In this document: positions 51,296 to 64,000 of the stretch, piece by piece
Position numbering within the stretch: position 1 is the stretch's first letter
How the letters are laid out: the number at the start of each line of letters is the position of its first letter
Assembly: GCF_006345805.1 (NCBI RefSeq)
Contig: NW_021833042.1
Span: 24,268 to 88,267, forward strand
Reading direction: 5' to 3'
Source: Octopus sinensis
Taxonomy: Eukaryota
DNA: 64,000 nucleotides
Notes under the pieces: model-generated
What the model saw: the letters and a program-made list of their open reading frames with translations, nothing else
What the model was told of the DNA's origin: nothing
The model's database searches: none
Translations under genes and position numbers: made by a program

Positions 51296-53448
51296 TGTAA
51301 AATAACTTGCTCTCGGATTCATTTCATTTTCCAAATGTTTTGTTTCAATAACATTGTCTAACAGAGGTTTCTTAAAAGGAAATTTAGTAGTAATTTTCGA
51401 CAAAAATTTAGGTATCGCAGAAGTCACCAACATCAAGGCAATCCGTGTGAATGTTGATAGACCCAAATCCTTTCGACTTATTATGTTATTGCAAGCAAAG
51501 ATAAAAAGATACGATTAGAAATAGTTTTACAATGGATTTACCAATCTCGTGTCTCAAAGGACAGTGTTTGTTAACGATTACTTTAAACAACTTGGCTTTA
51601 ATGAATTCCTCTCCACATATTGACAGAACTAAATCTGGGTGAACAGGTTTGGTTAACTGTATAAATTCAACAAGAAATACGTAGCTTGAATAAAATGCCC
51701 ATGCTATATGAATTAGCAATGACATCAACGATAAAATTACAATAACACACTTGAAAATATGACTACGTTTCTCATAGAGAGGTAAAATATACACTTTGAA
51801 ATAACTTAATGGTAAAGTTAGAATCAAATATACGAAGGGGATTCCGTAATAAACGAGACACAGAAGAAATTCGCAGATAGAAAATACAGCAAATAAAATC
51901 ACAATAAAAGGAAAAAAAATATAAATTTTGGAACATTTTTATCCCATTTTTTTTATACGTTTAATCCAAGTACTAAATAGTAAGTACCAGAAATCTGGGT
52001 TTGCAGCAACAGAAATATTAGCTTTCATTATTGCAAGGAGTCGATCATAATCCTGAAGTGCAGTAACATTCAAATTACCATACTCCATTAAAATTTTTTT
52101 ATCTTTAATGAGAAATGTGCAAGTGGATTCTTGATATAATGCATTATAAGCAATAGTGTCACTTACACGACTGAGAAGAACTAAGAGAATAAAGTTAACA
52201 ATTATGTAACTGATTATCCCAACAATAGGATTCAAAACAAAACTACCTGAAAGTTCATTACCTTTCGGGATTCCTAGAATGGAGGAGCGATAACCCAACG
52301 GAATACGATCGTGTGAAAATATTGTCAACGTTTCATATAAAAATAAGTAATACAGTAATAGATCCAGGAGAATTTCTGAGAGAGAAAGCAGAATAAGAAA
52401 GCCTCTTCTTAGTCTTGAAACAACAGTAGTCGAATAATGAAAGCAAAATAACCACGATGAAAAAATGAGAAAAACTGCAAATATCATGTTTTACACAAAT
52501 CCATTCCGATTTGTCTGGCAATGTGTGTTCAATTGTAAATTCATCGTGATGTAATTGTTGCTTGTTAGATTCAGGGGAATCTGGCGATGCGTGTTCAATT
52601 GACAAGACGACTTCCTCGTCAGCTGATTGTTGCTGGTTAGGTTCACTGGAATTTGGCGATGTGTTTTTAGTTGGCAAAGAGTGGTTAGCTGATAGTGGTA
52701 ATTTAGCTTCTGATACAAAACTGATGAATAATGGAAATATAACCCACAGAACTGCTCCAACAATATTTGCACAATTGTCAAACATACTATTTTCAATGAT
52801 ATTTCCAGAACAAATGGATTTCGATTCGTAAGTGTGCTTATCATTTTCATGTAGTTCACAGCAATGGTTCTTCAGTATCTCTCGATTTATACCCAATCTT
52901 CTCTATGTTGATAACGTAGAAAGGCTGTTATTCCTCAAGCGACGCGACAAATTTATAAAAAAACACATATATCCGGATTCTCCCATCTGCAAGTTATCGA
53001 TAAATACGATTCTCTTTAATTCTTCGAAAATCAAACTTACCGAATCGTATCTCCGAATATTTTGTTTTCCACAATTTATATCGACAACAATATTTAGAGA
53101 AGCAATGTAAAAGTCTAATATATTAAATTAATGAACTGAAAAATCAAAGAGGACATTTTTATACATTACTAAACCATCTGGTTTATCTGGAATCCACATG
53201 AAATGCCTCGCATTTGCAAAATAATCCAGTGGTACAGGATTGAGAAGATCATCGAGCTTTTTATCAGCTATATGGACTTCAAAATTGAAAACCAGTTTGC
53301 CTGATTTTACTAACCGAGTTAAATTTTGACTGACATTAGGAGAAATTTTAATTTCACAATTATTTTCGAGGTTTTCCGCTTGTATGTTAATGATTGATGT
53401 CAGTGAGATAATAATGGTGATTGATAAAAGAAGTGCTTTTACAATATG
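51281..53448 (-). pseudogene. Orphan membrane protein paralog 3, pseudogene
   Basis: No ATG or acceptor. TAA at 53130-53128, TAG at 52905-52903, frameshifts near 52460, 51940 and 51505, and a deletion of about 55 aa in the TM region. Confidence 0.9.
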
Positions 53449-53749
53449 GTATTTGATGGTTCTTAGAAGCTGGCAGAATTGTTTACATGCCGGATAAAAT
53501 GCTTTGTGGTGTTTTGTCTGTCTTTATATACTTCAAATTTCGCTGAGGTCGTCTTATCCGTTCGGAGTCGATAAAAACTTCTTTAACTATTTTCAGCCAT
53601 TATACTGCAGCCCTGCTGGTGCCCACTTTGAGCTTTTAGTTGAATGAATCGACCCCAATACTTAATTTTTAAGCCTGGTACTTATTTTATCGATCAATTT
53701 GCCGAGCCACAAACATCTCCCCACACACACATCCAACCCACGTAAGTAT

Positions 53750-53841
<92 letters not shown>

Positions 53842-53849
53842 TAATAGTA

Positions 53850-55050
53850 TTTTTGGCGATCACCGTGCATTGACTAAGGAAAATAGTCTAATAAAGGGGC
53901 AAATAAACCCTCGTCAGAGAAAAGAAGGCTTTTCTATCTGCATAGGAGTCGAACCCACATTCCTTTGTTAACGTGACTGTGTTACCTTTATACTAGCCAA
54001 TTAGCCTCCCTTTTCCTGGGAAATTTAAGAACTATAATAGTTCGTGTTTGTTTGTATCTTTTGTATGTAAACAAACTTCCTATGTGTTTTCAGTGCGAAT
54101 GGTTTTTATACTGTGCCGTTTTTACAATACTGTTAATAATAATAATGGTATTTTTATATAAGCTTAAAGCTTATTGCGACCACCGTGCAATAACTAGGGT
54201 AAATAGGGATCTTTTCGGTTTGAACGGCAGTTTTTAACATAATTTCTAGGTAACTAAAAATTTTAAACTTCGTATACTGGTAGAATGTGTTTATAAAACA
54301 TCTTTTTCTCTTGGCATTATTGAGAAAATTCTATAGTTTGTAAGATATTTGTTGTTTCTTTCTTCAATTTCTGCAATTTCAACCAATCAAATACGTCTAT
54401 TGAGGTAAAAAAAAACATTCTGTGCCGTATGAATATGTCCCTCGTTTAAGAAACAGATTGGGTTTATTTATTTTCGTGAAGAAAAAAAAGATACCCTTCT
54501 CCCCACCCCTAACCCTAAACCTAACCCTAACTAACCCTAACCCTAAAACAGATTGAAATGCAATAGATCGATACTAGGGTCATAATTTTGAGTGACAATT
54601 TCATGACACCGCTAGAAAAAACTGCCGTTCAAACCGAAAAGATCCGAAAATAGTATAATAAAGGGGCATAAAAAAAAACAGAAGGATTTCCTATCCGCGT
54701 GGATATGTAAATAAACTTTCTATATGCTTTCGGTTTTTTTTTTTATGCGGCGCCGTTTTTACAATACTGTAAATAATAATGAAACAAACACGAACTATTA
54801 TAGTTCTTAAATTTCACAGGAAAAGAAAGTTTGATTCGCTGGTGAAAAGGTAATACACTTAGTCGCGTTAACAAAGGGATGTGGGTTCAACTCCCATACG
54901 GATAGGAAAGCCTTCTATTTTTCTGTTGATGGTTTATATGCCTCTTTATTAGACTATTTTCCTCAGCCAATGCACGGTGATCGCTTTAAGCTTATATAAA
55001 TATACCATTATTATTATTTACAAGATTGTAAAAGCGGCACCGTGTAAAAA
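53850..55050. mobile_element. Cluster of tRNA-like SINE copies in both orientations
   Basis: 53850-54050 is the inverse of 54780-55000. B-box-like gtgggttcgactcc. Confidence 0.6.
54207..54645. mobile_element. MITE with about 29-bp TIRs, 8-bp TSD and an internal (CCCTAA)n-like tract
   Basis: GGATCTTTTCGGTTTGAACGGCAGTTTTT at both ends. TSD gtaaatag/gaaaatag. The empty site is visible at about 53873-53900. Confidence 0.85.
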
Positions 55051-55068
55051 GCCATTCGCACCGAAAGC

Positions 55069-55103
<35 letters not shown>

Positions 55104-55740
55104 TACGATGGGCTTCTTTCAGTTTCTGTCTACCAAATCCACTCACAACGGTTTGGTCAGCTCGAGGCTATAGTAGAAAACACTTGCCCAAGGTTTGATT
55201 CAGTAAGACTGCATCTCAAACCATGTGGTTGGGAAGCAAGTTGTTTTACCACGCCTTTGTTCGATAAAATTTAAATGCCATTTTTTAATTATGAGTATTT
55301 AGGAGACTGTACAGAGACGAATTATATTGTTGTAAACTCTTACGTATTTCCTTATACAGTGCGCATGGTAAAATAACTTCACCACTATTTCTATGGGGTC
55401 AATGTATCCAGTTTTTCTCCGCTGCTCAGACAGAATGGAAAAATGCAACACCATTTTATAGGGATTCCAAGAATGGTAGGAGAACGAAAGCAATCTCAGA
55501 TCATTGTTTATGCTAAAAATGACAACTAAATATCCCTCATATCATCCCTTAAATTTTTAGAAAAGGATACATTGGATAGAAACTTTCGAGTGGGCATTAC
55601 ATATCTATAAACAGGGTAGTGGTCGGAGATGGATTGCTTCGTATAATAGAACTGCTTATTTAAGGTTGACCTGCGGCTAAACAATAGCATCAGTACCAAC
55701 GACCACAACAGCATCAACAATAACAAGAAATAATAATAAT

Positions 55741-55753
55741 TTTCTTACATTTT
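55741..55753 (-). promoter_or_regulatory. Putative splice donor of non-coding exon 1, paralog 3
   Basis: AT|GTAAGA with GT at 55748-55747, in the conserved upstream block. Confidence 0.5.
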
Positions 55754-57281
55754 TTCTGGGCGAGTTACTATGAGATATATATGTGTGTATATATATATTC
55801 AGTAAATACTGTAAAGTACAGCTTTAACTAATTTCTTAGAAACATCAGTATTAATTCTCGAACATGAAAGCAAACTTTTTCTGCTTTCGGGATTAAACTA
55901 AATGTGGGAGAAAACAGTTGGTCTACACTATAACGACTTGAGCTTGAGTGATTTATTCACTTCAAATGAAACAAACATATATGCATAGCTACATACATAT
56001 ATATTTATATATGCACATATATACATATATGAATATATACATACATAAGGTAGATAACGACAATGTTGTCTGCGATTATTAGTTGCAAACAACTTGCAGA
56101 TGGAAGTTCTAACTGTTAAAAGCCACGTATACCGAATAATAGCAGACGTATGAAGTCATAGCGAGAGAATGCACTCTGTGTTTGAGACCTTTCTTTTGCT
56201 GGTATTATGGCATGCTGATCCCACTTACGGAAATAAGACCTTGCTTGCCAAATCAATTGGTTCACGCAGTATTCTTTTCGCCGTTGAGTATAAAAGGAGG
56301 GAGATATTTATATGAATGTATGCATATAGGTAGGCGTCTATATGTCTGTATATATATATATATGTGTGTGTGTGCGCGTGAGTGTATTGTATGTATGCAT
56401 ATATGGACACACACACAGGCATATGTGTGTGTATGTATTTGTGTGTGTGTCTGTGTGTGTGTGTACACAGATACACACACACACACATATATATATATAT
56501 GAGTGTGAAATTTTAAACATATCCATACATTTTCCTTTGCCACTACTATTAACTGTTATCAAGTATCCTAGTTTACATTTTGTCTTTTCATGACCAGGTT
56601 TCCAGGCAACTGAAACATTCAAAATGTCTATTAATTATCACCAGCATTGTATCAACAACAGCATTATTTAAATTAAATGACAAAGACTAGTTAAATTTTT
56701 GTTACCAACCAGGAAAATGTTCCAGTCTTGGCTATATGCTTAGCCTAAATATGACCTAACTTAGCGCGTTTACTCACAGTTAGAGAAGGATAATAATACA
56801 CACACAATAACGTCTTAGATTACATTCTAAACATACGAGGTGGTATTAAAATATTCCCGGCTAATTATCTTATAACTTATGAAATAAGAAGAGTGCAAGA
56901 GCGATACTGTGAAGGGAAATATAATGGCATGGAGCAGTGGTTCCCAAACTTTTTAGAGTCGCGGCCCACTATTTATCACACCAGTTTATGACGGCCCACT
57001 TAACTCTACTGAGTAAAAACATTAATGAAATTAACAAATTTATTTCAGATTTCATCTTCAGTGAGGCCAGTGAGAAGGATGAGCCTGTTTCTTGCTACGC
57101 TCAATAATAGACTTAACATCTATTGATCTATCTACCGTCTAGCTGCTGTCTATTCCAATCATTTCATTGGCTAATTGATAGCATCCTGGTGATCACACCT
57201 ATACTTTTTTAATAATTTATATACTTACTGGTGAAATCCATAATGTCTTATTTATTAAAATTTTTTGCTATTTATATTAAA

Positions 57282-59262
57282 CTAGCTGAAGGTGACCCGC
57301 TCTACACGCGGGTAAGAGTGTGGTTGTTACTTTCTGTTGCTTCCTTTCAGCACGTAAAAAGCACCATCCGAACGTGGCGGATTGCAGCGCCGCCTTGACT
57401 GGCTTCTGTGCTGGTGGCACGTAAAAAGCACCAACCGATCGTGGCTGTTGCCAGCCCCCCTGGAACCTGTGCCGGCGGCACTAAAAAAGCACCCACTACG
57501 CTCACAGAGTGGTTGGCGTTAGGAAGGGCATCCACCTGTAGAAACACTGCCAGATCGGACTGGAGCCTGGTGCAGCCTCCTGGCTTCCCAGACCCCGGTC
57601 AAACTGTCCAACCCGTGCTAGCACGTAAAACGGACGTTAAACGATGATGATGATGATAATGTTTCTCCCTCTTTGTTTCTCTCTCACTTTCCCCACTCTC
57701 TTACTCTTCCTTTCTCTCGGACTCTCCCTCACTTTCTCTTACTCTCTATCTTTATCTATCTCTCTCCCATTTATAAACAACAAAAGATCTTGAGTAAGTT
57801 GAGAAATAAAATATTTAGAAAGATCAATCATAAATATCAGGCAGTAACAACAGAAAGGTCTGCTTCAAGGCAGACAGCAAAACACTAACATTTAAAAGGG
57901 ACAGACGAACATGCGAACTGAATAAAATTAATAAAATATTGGAAACCAAAGTTTGAAGGGATAGAATCTGAGGGTAGTAGAGTCAGCATGGCTGGCATTT
58001 CTTAACGACGGACAGCAACGTTTTGACAGTTTAATGGCTGGCGTAAAATTTTGAACTTGATGTAAAAGAAAATCCCTAAACACCAAGTTTTGAAGTGATT
58101 CTTTTTCACAACAGTAGACTCACCATGGCAAGCATTCAAAACTTCTTCATCATGGACGGCAACACATTGACGATTAAAAGGCTGGCGCAAATTTTTTAGC
58201 TTGATGTAACAGAGAATTCCTAAACACCCGCTCCTTTAAATTTTAATCCCTTTCCAGCCCCATTTAGACCCCTTTTCACATTTTGATTAATATAACGCGA
58301 TTTCATTCGGGTGTACTGGGGCCACATTTTATAAGATGAGGAATTTTGTCCTAGAGGTCACGCCTTTCATTTGAGGAAAAAAAATAGTTGTCATGCAAAC
58401 TTGCCAGCACTTTTAACATAGGTTTGCATCTATGTATGTGTGTGTGTATGTATGTGTATGTATGTGTGTGTATGTATGTGTATATGTGTGTGTATGTATG
58501 TGTGTGTGTATGTATGTATTTCCATTGAGTCAACCTCACTATTTTCTACATAGCAGACCGTTACATAAACAGGCAAAGGCACATACAAACATACACACTC
58601 ACACATACATACACACACATACACACATACACACACATACATACACATACATACACACTCATACATAGATACATACACACACACACATACATGCATACAT
58701 ACATATACACATACATGCATACACACGCAAGCACTACAAAAATCGAGTAAAAAATTTCAGTTATCTCTCTCTTTCACACAGACAGATACATAAAAGAAGG
58801 CCGTTTGTATGAAATAGAGTGAGTATTGTTTGTTGGTGGTGTTGGTGGTGGCGATGATAATTATCATTAGGAAAAAGAGTGAGTGAGTGAGGAAGAAATA
58901 TACATAAGTTGTGGCGATGATAATTCTCCTATGAATGCAGACAGGTACATCAAAGAACGCCGTCTGACGAACTTAAAAAGGGAAAGTGAAAGGGAGTTGA
59001 GGGGAATACATTAAATAACGGGTGTGGATATCTCAAAGTTATACATGAAGGGGAGTAAGAGAGGGAAAGGAGGAAATAGCGTGAGTGAGGAAGATGGCCC
59101 CTAGCAACCACACCTTTTAAGCTAGATATTTCTACGGTAGCCCACGGGCATCGTCACCTCATTCTACATGTCCCTGTAAATTTTGGAGCGAATCAGACGG
59201 GACGTAGTGGCATTGAAAGCGATCCAAGCGGTAAAAACGCATTTCAGTTTTATATATAGAGA
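57282..59262 (-). mobile_element. Non-autonomous Helitron with both termini, nested in the hAT
   Basis: Minus strand: A|TCTCTATATATAAAAC at 59262, hairpin ACCCGC..GCGGGT at 57313-57295, CTAG|T at 57285-57281. Confidence 0.8.
57340..57655 (+). mobile_element. 3' part of a SINE with a (GAT)n tail, inside the Helitron
   Basis: ggcgttaggaagggcatcc..gtagaaa, ending gacgttaaacgatgatgatgat. Confidence 0.6.
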
Positions 59263-59905
59263 TGTGAAACAAAACGTTTTATAACTGTTTCAATGTCTCT
59301 ATACCCTATGTGTAAATACTAACACTAATACAAAACCTTGAAGTAGTAACTGTTATCGGCTCGATCAGTGTTATACTTCGCCTTGTTAAAGTTCTCTATA
59401 AATAGGTAAAAACGGACCTTTCCTTTTTTACGATTACGTACGAATAAATAAGTTGAGAAAATGACAACCTCTGATTTGTTAATTCCGTGAAAAAGCCTAC
59501 TGCTTGATAAAACAACAAGTTTGGTATTGAAAACATAAGCCTTGAACTATCTCGATAGACAGTAGTTAACCAAAGCTAATGCGTAATTTTATAACTTTTT
59601 GCGACCCACTAAGATTCCGTTCGCGACCCATCTGAATGTATGCATGTATGGACACACACACAGGCCTATATATGTGTATGTATTTGTGTGTGTGTGTGTC
59701 TGTGTATGTGTACACACAAACACACGCACACACACAGGCATAGTTTGGGAGCCACTGGAATGGAGAATGTGACTGATATCAGAAAAGGGAAGAATAGAGT
59801 TGTATAAGCAACAAATATGGAGTAGCAGTGGAATAGTAACGTTAATACAGTTGTCATTTAGAGATAGACATGCGCGTGCTTTCAATCTGTCCTCTCTCGC
59901 TCGCG

Positions 59906-59936
<31 letters not shown>

Positions 59937-60501
59937 TTCTCTTTCTCTCTATCTCTCACTCTCTGTCTGTCTCTGTCTGTCTGTTTCTCTCTCTCTCTCC
60001 CTCTCTCCCTCTCTCTCCCCCCTCCCCCCTCTCTCTCTGTAACACGCACACATATGCACAGACTCACAAATCTATAGACAAGTATATTTGACAACGTTTT
60101 AACCGAAATTATCCGGAAATAACCGAAATATTCCATTTTTCCATTTATGAACAGACGATAAAGAAGTTATCGTCTGCTAAATTCTTAAAGTCAAATCATT
60201 TTCTTTTTCACGAAGACGATGTTTCAAGTCAACATTGATAGTGAAGTACCTTCTTAATTTCGTTTTTATTATTTACAAAATTATAATCACTCATTCATCT
60301 ATCGCAAAGTTAGAAAGAGAGATTTCTAAATGAGAAATTGTTATCACTTAGTATCTTATCCGTTTTGGTGTTGTAATTTTCTGTCACGTTCTGTTCACGA
60401 AACCATCTAAAGTTTAAACTGAAGGTGAAGTTCTTTACTGAATTTATTGAAAAATATTCAACAATTACATTAATTTATTAATTCACCCCTTTAATAAAGT
60501 C

Positions 60502-62085
60502 ATGGGTGATGATAACTACATGTTCAGAGTTGTGTCACTCATGCTCAAAAACAACACAAATTACCGAACACTTCGGAAAGAGTCCGTGCGATACATATGC
60601 AATAATTGGAAGTATTTTCATTCTTTTATTCCTAATAGGACAACGCAGGAATACCAAGCATACATGATTAGGGATAGAACATACATTAGTAATGTGGAAT
60701 TAGCTGCTATTAGTGAATTGTACAATGTTACAATTCAGGTTCACCACAAAAATGACGATGAAATTATTCTTCCTCTGTTCACCGTTTGCAGCAAACATTT
60801 ACAGAAAGGAAGATTTCATTGTTGTACAGTGGCGAAATTGACAGCGGTCACTATGATGCTCTCTTTCCCATAAACAACCATGAGGAAATGAAATATCACA
60901 CGACAGTAAAAAAGTCAAAAGAATGAGAATTCAAATACTTAATATGAAAAGCGCAGAAGAAAGCAAAAACCATCGGGAAGTGAGGTTGCGAGAAATGAGG
61001 GAGTATGAGAGGAGGACAAGAGAACAAGAAGGTGATAAAGATATGGGAATAAGATTGCAGAGAAAGAAGGAAAATTATAGAAATATAAACGTAGAAGAAA
61101 ATAAAAAAGTCAAAGAAATACGATTGCAAAAAGGAGAGAAAAGGTAGAATAAATAGAAAACAAGAGTGAAAGCGGCCGAAAAATACGATTAAAAAGGAGA
61201 AAGCTTTCCAGAGAAAATCAGCAGAAAACGTATTGGCGATTTCAATGGCAAGGTGTAGCATTTAATTATGATCCTAATCGTAAGTTATGCATCTGAAAAA
61301 ATTGTCCCCCTGGGCTCTATGTGCGAAACATGGGAAAAGTGTGGTGTTAGGAAGTGAGGCAAGGAACCATTAGGTATGTGTTGTTATAAAGGTAAAGTCC
61401 ATTTACTAATAACTGAGCCTCAAGAACTTATAAAACATCCTGTTTTGGGTACCACTTCAGAATCAAAACACTTTCTTAAAAATATTCTAGCATACAATTG
61501 TGCTTTTCAAATGACATCATTTCGGGCAAAACTTAAGTGGATTTATGCTGACTTTTAAAGTGCAAGGACAAATTTATCTCTTAAGCCTTTACAGAATAAA
61601 GATACACAATTTTTTCAAATATATTTTATAGGTGACGTTCAAAAAGAAGCACAGTGTTGCAGCAATAATTGTCCAGGTACAAGATTTGAATTTCTTTTTA
61701 AGCTTCAAGAAATGCTTTACGAAAAGAATTCTTATGTGAGAAGCTTTCAGTATGCTTTAGAATATACTTCAACTGCGGACTTTCAAGTTGTCATTGATGC
61801 CGACAAAAGACCAGCAGGAGAACATGTCCGTCGATTCAATGTTCTTGAGTGTAATGAAGTGGCAATTATTATTGTTGGAGAACGAGATATTGTTTTGAAG
61901 TATTGTGACAATAGCATCACGTTCTTAAATGAAACTCATCGTTCATATCATACTTTACAATATCCCTTGCTTTTTGTTAACGGAGAAGATGGATACTACT
62001 TTGATATACCACAAGCTTGAGGAATCACTTCCAAAAGAACTGTATCCTGTAAGGAATACTATGTTCATCGATTGATGATTTGAAT
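60502..62085 (+). mobile_element. Degenerate autonomous Helitron 5' region: OTU-like domain plus Rep N-terminus
   Basis: MGDDNYMFR..ELAAISELYNV, with frameshifted SGEIDSGHYDAL. Then MCCYKGKV, YNCAFQMTSF, KRPAGEHVRRFN, SYHTLQYPLLFVNGEDG. Confidence 0.85.
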
Positions 62086-62119
62086 ATTATGTGAATAATA
62101 TTCGAATATTATGTTCATC

Positions 62120-64000
62120 GATTGATGATTCGAATAATAGTGTGAATAACGGTGGTAATGGAACTGAAGCCCTTGATGGTGACAGCGTTGTACCCTGCAG
62201 GCTCAAAGATAATGATGCGGCTCCAGTCGGTCGTTATCCAGCAAGAGACCAGCACACACGGCGTTGATGGAACGAAAAAGTCAATGCTGTGGTCATGAAG
62301 TGTTAATACCTGAGCAACCCCGTAGACGAAAATGGTGTTCATCTTAGGGGATCTACGACAGAAAAAGGGCAAGGCTACAAGAGTACGATAGCGGCTTTTT
62401 TTGCAACCCGAAAAAGGTGCATCGGTGGAAATTGAACCAAGAAACGAAAAATGCGAATGAAATTCTGAAATACATCAGAACAAAATACATCACAGAAACA
62501 AACAATTTGATCAATGCAGCAAGTATCTTTGTAGCAGAAAATGTGGGTGTTGATGTCAAGAAAGAGAAATATAATCGGAGTGACAAAAGTAAAGATCCAT
62601 GGTAGAAAAGGAGAATACGGTTGGGGTTAGATATGCTCTCGTTGGATATTTCTGTGTTAGACCGAAAAGAGAATGAGGAGCTTAAAAGCGAACAAAAATA
62701 CAAGGCACTGAAAAGGAAGTATGATATTGAAAGAAAGGGCCTGAAAGTTGTAATGGAGGAACTGAAACAACGCTTCGTTGCAGAGAAAGCAAAGATGGTA
62801 AGACACGATCAAAGAACGAAAGGATACCACCAAAATAGGTTATTCGGAGTAGATCAAAAGAGATTCTACAAAGAAATAAAAGGAGATTGTACATACGAAA
62901 GTTGATACCGAATAACAATGAAAGTCAAAGGTTTTGGAGTGACATCTGGATCAAAGACAAAGAGCACAAGAAGGATGCTGAATGGTTGAAAGAACTGAAA
63001 CAAACAGTATTCTGTCCAAAACAAGCAGAACTAATCATTTCAGTTACGGAAGTGAAGGAAATTAGCAAAAAATGGGTAACAGGGTGGCCCCGGGACCAGA
63101 TGGAGTTCAAGGCTATGAATCAAAAGATTTAGTGAATGTCATGCACGAATAGCTGCACAACTCAACACCTTGTTAAATACCGACCAAGTAACAGCAGAGT
63201 GGTTGACAATAGATAGGACAGTGCAGTGCTTGAAAAATATCGAAAAAGGCAATACGGTAGACAATTACAGGCCGATATCCTGTTTGCCACTTATGTGGAA
63301 GATATTGATTGGAATACTCACAAAGTCAATGTACGAAGATCTTGAAAAAATGGAGTCCTACCACCTGAGAAGAAGGGTTGCAAGCGTAAATGCAGAAGAC
63401 AAAACTGTACTTAGAGACTGCAAGCGGAAGAAAACTAACATTGCCATTTCATGAATCGATTATCGTAAGGCGTACGATACGATCCCAAATTCTTGGATTA
63501 TGGAATGTATGAACCTCTTTGTTATTGCATCGAATGTCGATGTTGAGCAATTTCTTAGAAAATATTTGACGAAATGGAGGACGGAACTGACAGCATATGG
63601 AAGAAGTTTAGGGACAATAGAAGTCAAGAGAGGCATCTTCCAAGGGGACTACCTGTCCCCACTGAATTTTGTATTGTGCATGATACCACTAACAATGATT
63701 TTGAGGAAAGCAAAGGTTTGGTATGTATTCGAAAGCCGCTTACAAAAAGTCAACCACTTGTTATTCATGGATGACCTCAAACTTTATGGTAAAAATGAAA
63801 CCCAAGTCAGTTCTCTCGTTGACACGGTGTATACTTTCAATGCTGATATCAGAATGGAGTTCGGACTGAAAAGGTGTGGTGTGTTAGACTTGAAGAGAGA
63901 CAAACTCAAATGTATAGATGGGCTAACGATAGCGTCGGGAGAGTTTATGAAGCAGATAGAAAAGACGGGCTTTAAATACTTGGGGATATTGGAAATAGAT
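62120..64000 (+). mobile_element. Degenerate R4-like non-LTR retrotransposon, running off the window end
   Basis: [41 protein letters not shown], with many stops. Confidence 0.85.

Larger units (their letters stand above)
56935..59757. mobile_element. Non-autonomous hAT (Charlie-like) element interrupted by a Helitron
   Basis: TIRs CAGTGGTTCCCAAACT / AGTTTGGGAGCCACTG. 8-bp TSD gcatggag/gaatggag. Confidence 0.8.

Noticed and set aside
54506-54546. True telomere or chromosome fusion scar
   Set aside because: A few imperfect CCCTAA units inside a TIR/TSD-bounded MITE.

Overview
AT-rich, microsatellite-saturated eukaryotic DNA, probably an octopod cephalopod genome. That assignment is an inference from the repeat landscape (tRNA-SINEs, Penelope-like elements, R4/Dong-like LINEs, Helitrons). 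Host content is small. (1) There is a minus-strand tandem family of an orphan protein with a signal peptide, a Cys-containing ectodomain and roughly 9-10 hydrophobic helices, encoded in one large exon. Paralog 1 (6574-8784) is intact. Paralog 2 (35437-38079) has nine 24-aa repeats in its first loop and a 1-nt deletion that removes the last helix. Paralog 3 (about 51281-53448) is a pseudogene. All three share a putative non-coding first exon, and a fourth, inverted copy of the upstream block has no coding exon. (2) A small 5S rDNA cluster (17.3-21.6 kb) is built from a head-to-head unit of two 5S types that differ by compensatory base-pair changes. The rest is mobile DNA: R4/Dong-like elements in (TAA)n with a non-coding companion element, Penelope-like fragments with minimal hammerhead ribozymes and fold-backs, Helitrons (two with both termini, one with an OTU domain), hAT and Tc1/mariner elements, a MITE with a verifiable empty site, and SINEs. 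All alignments were made by eye; no database search was possible.
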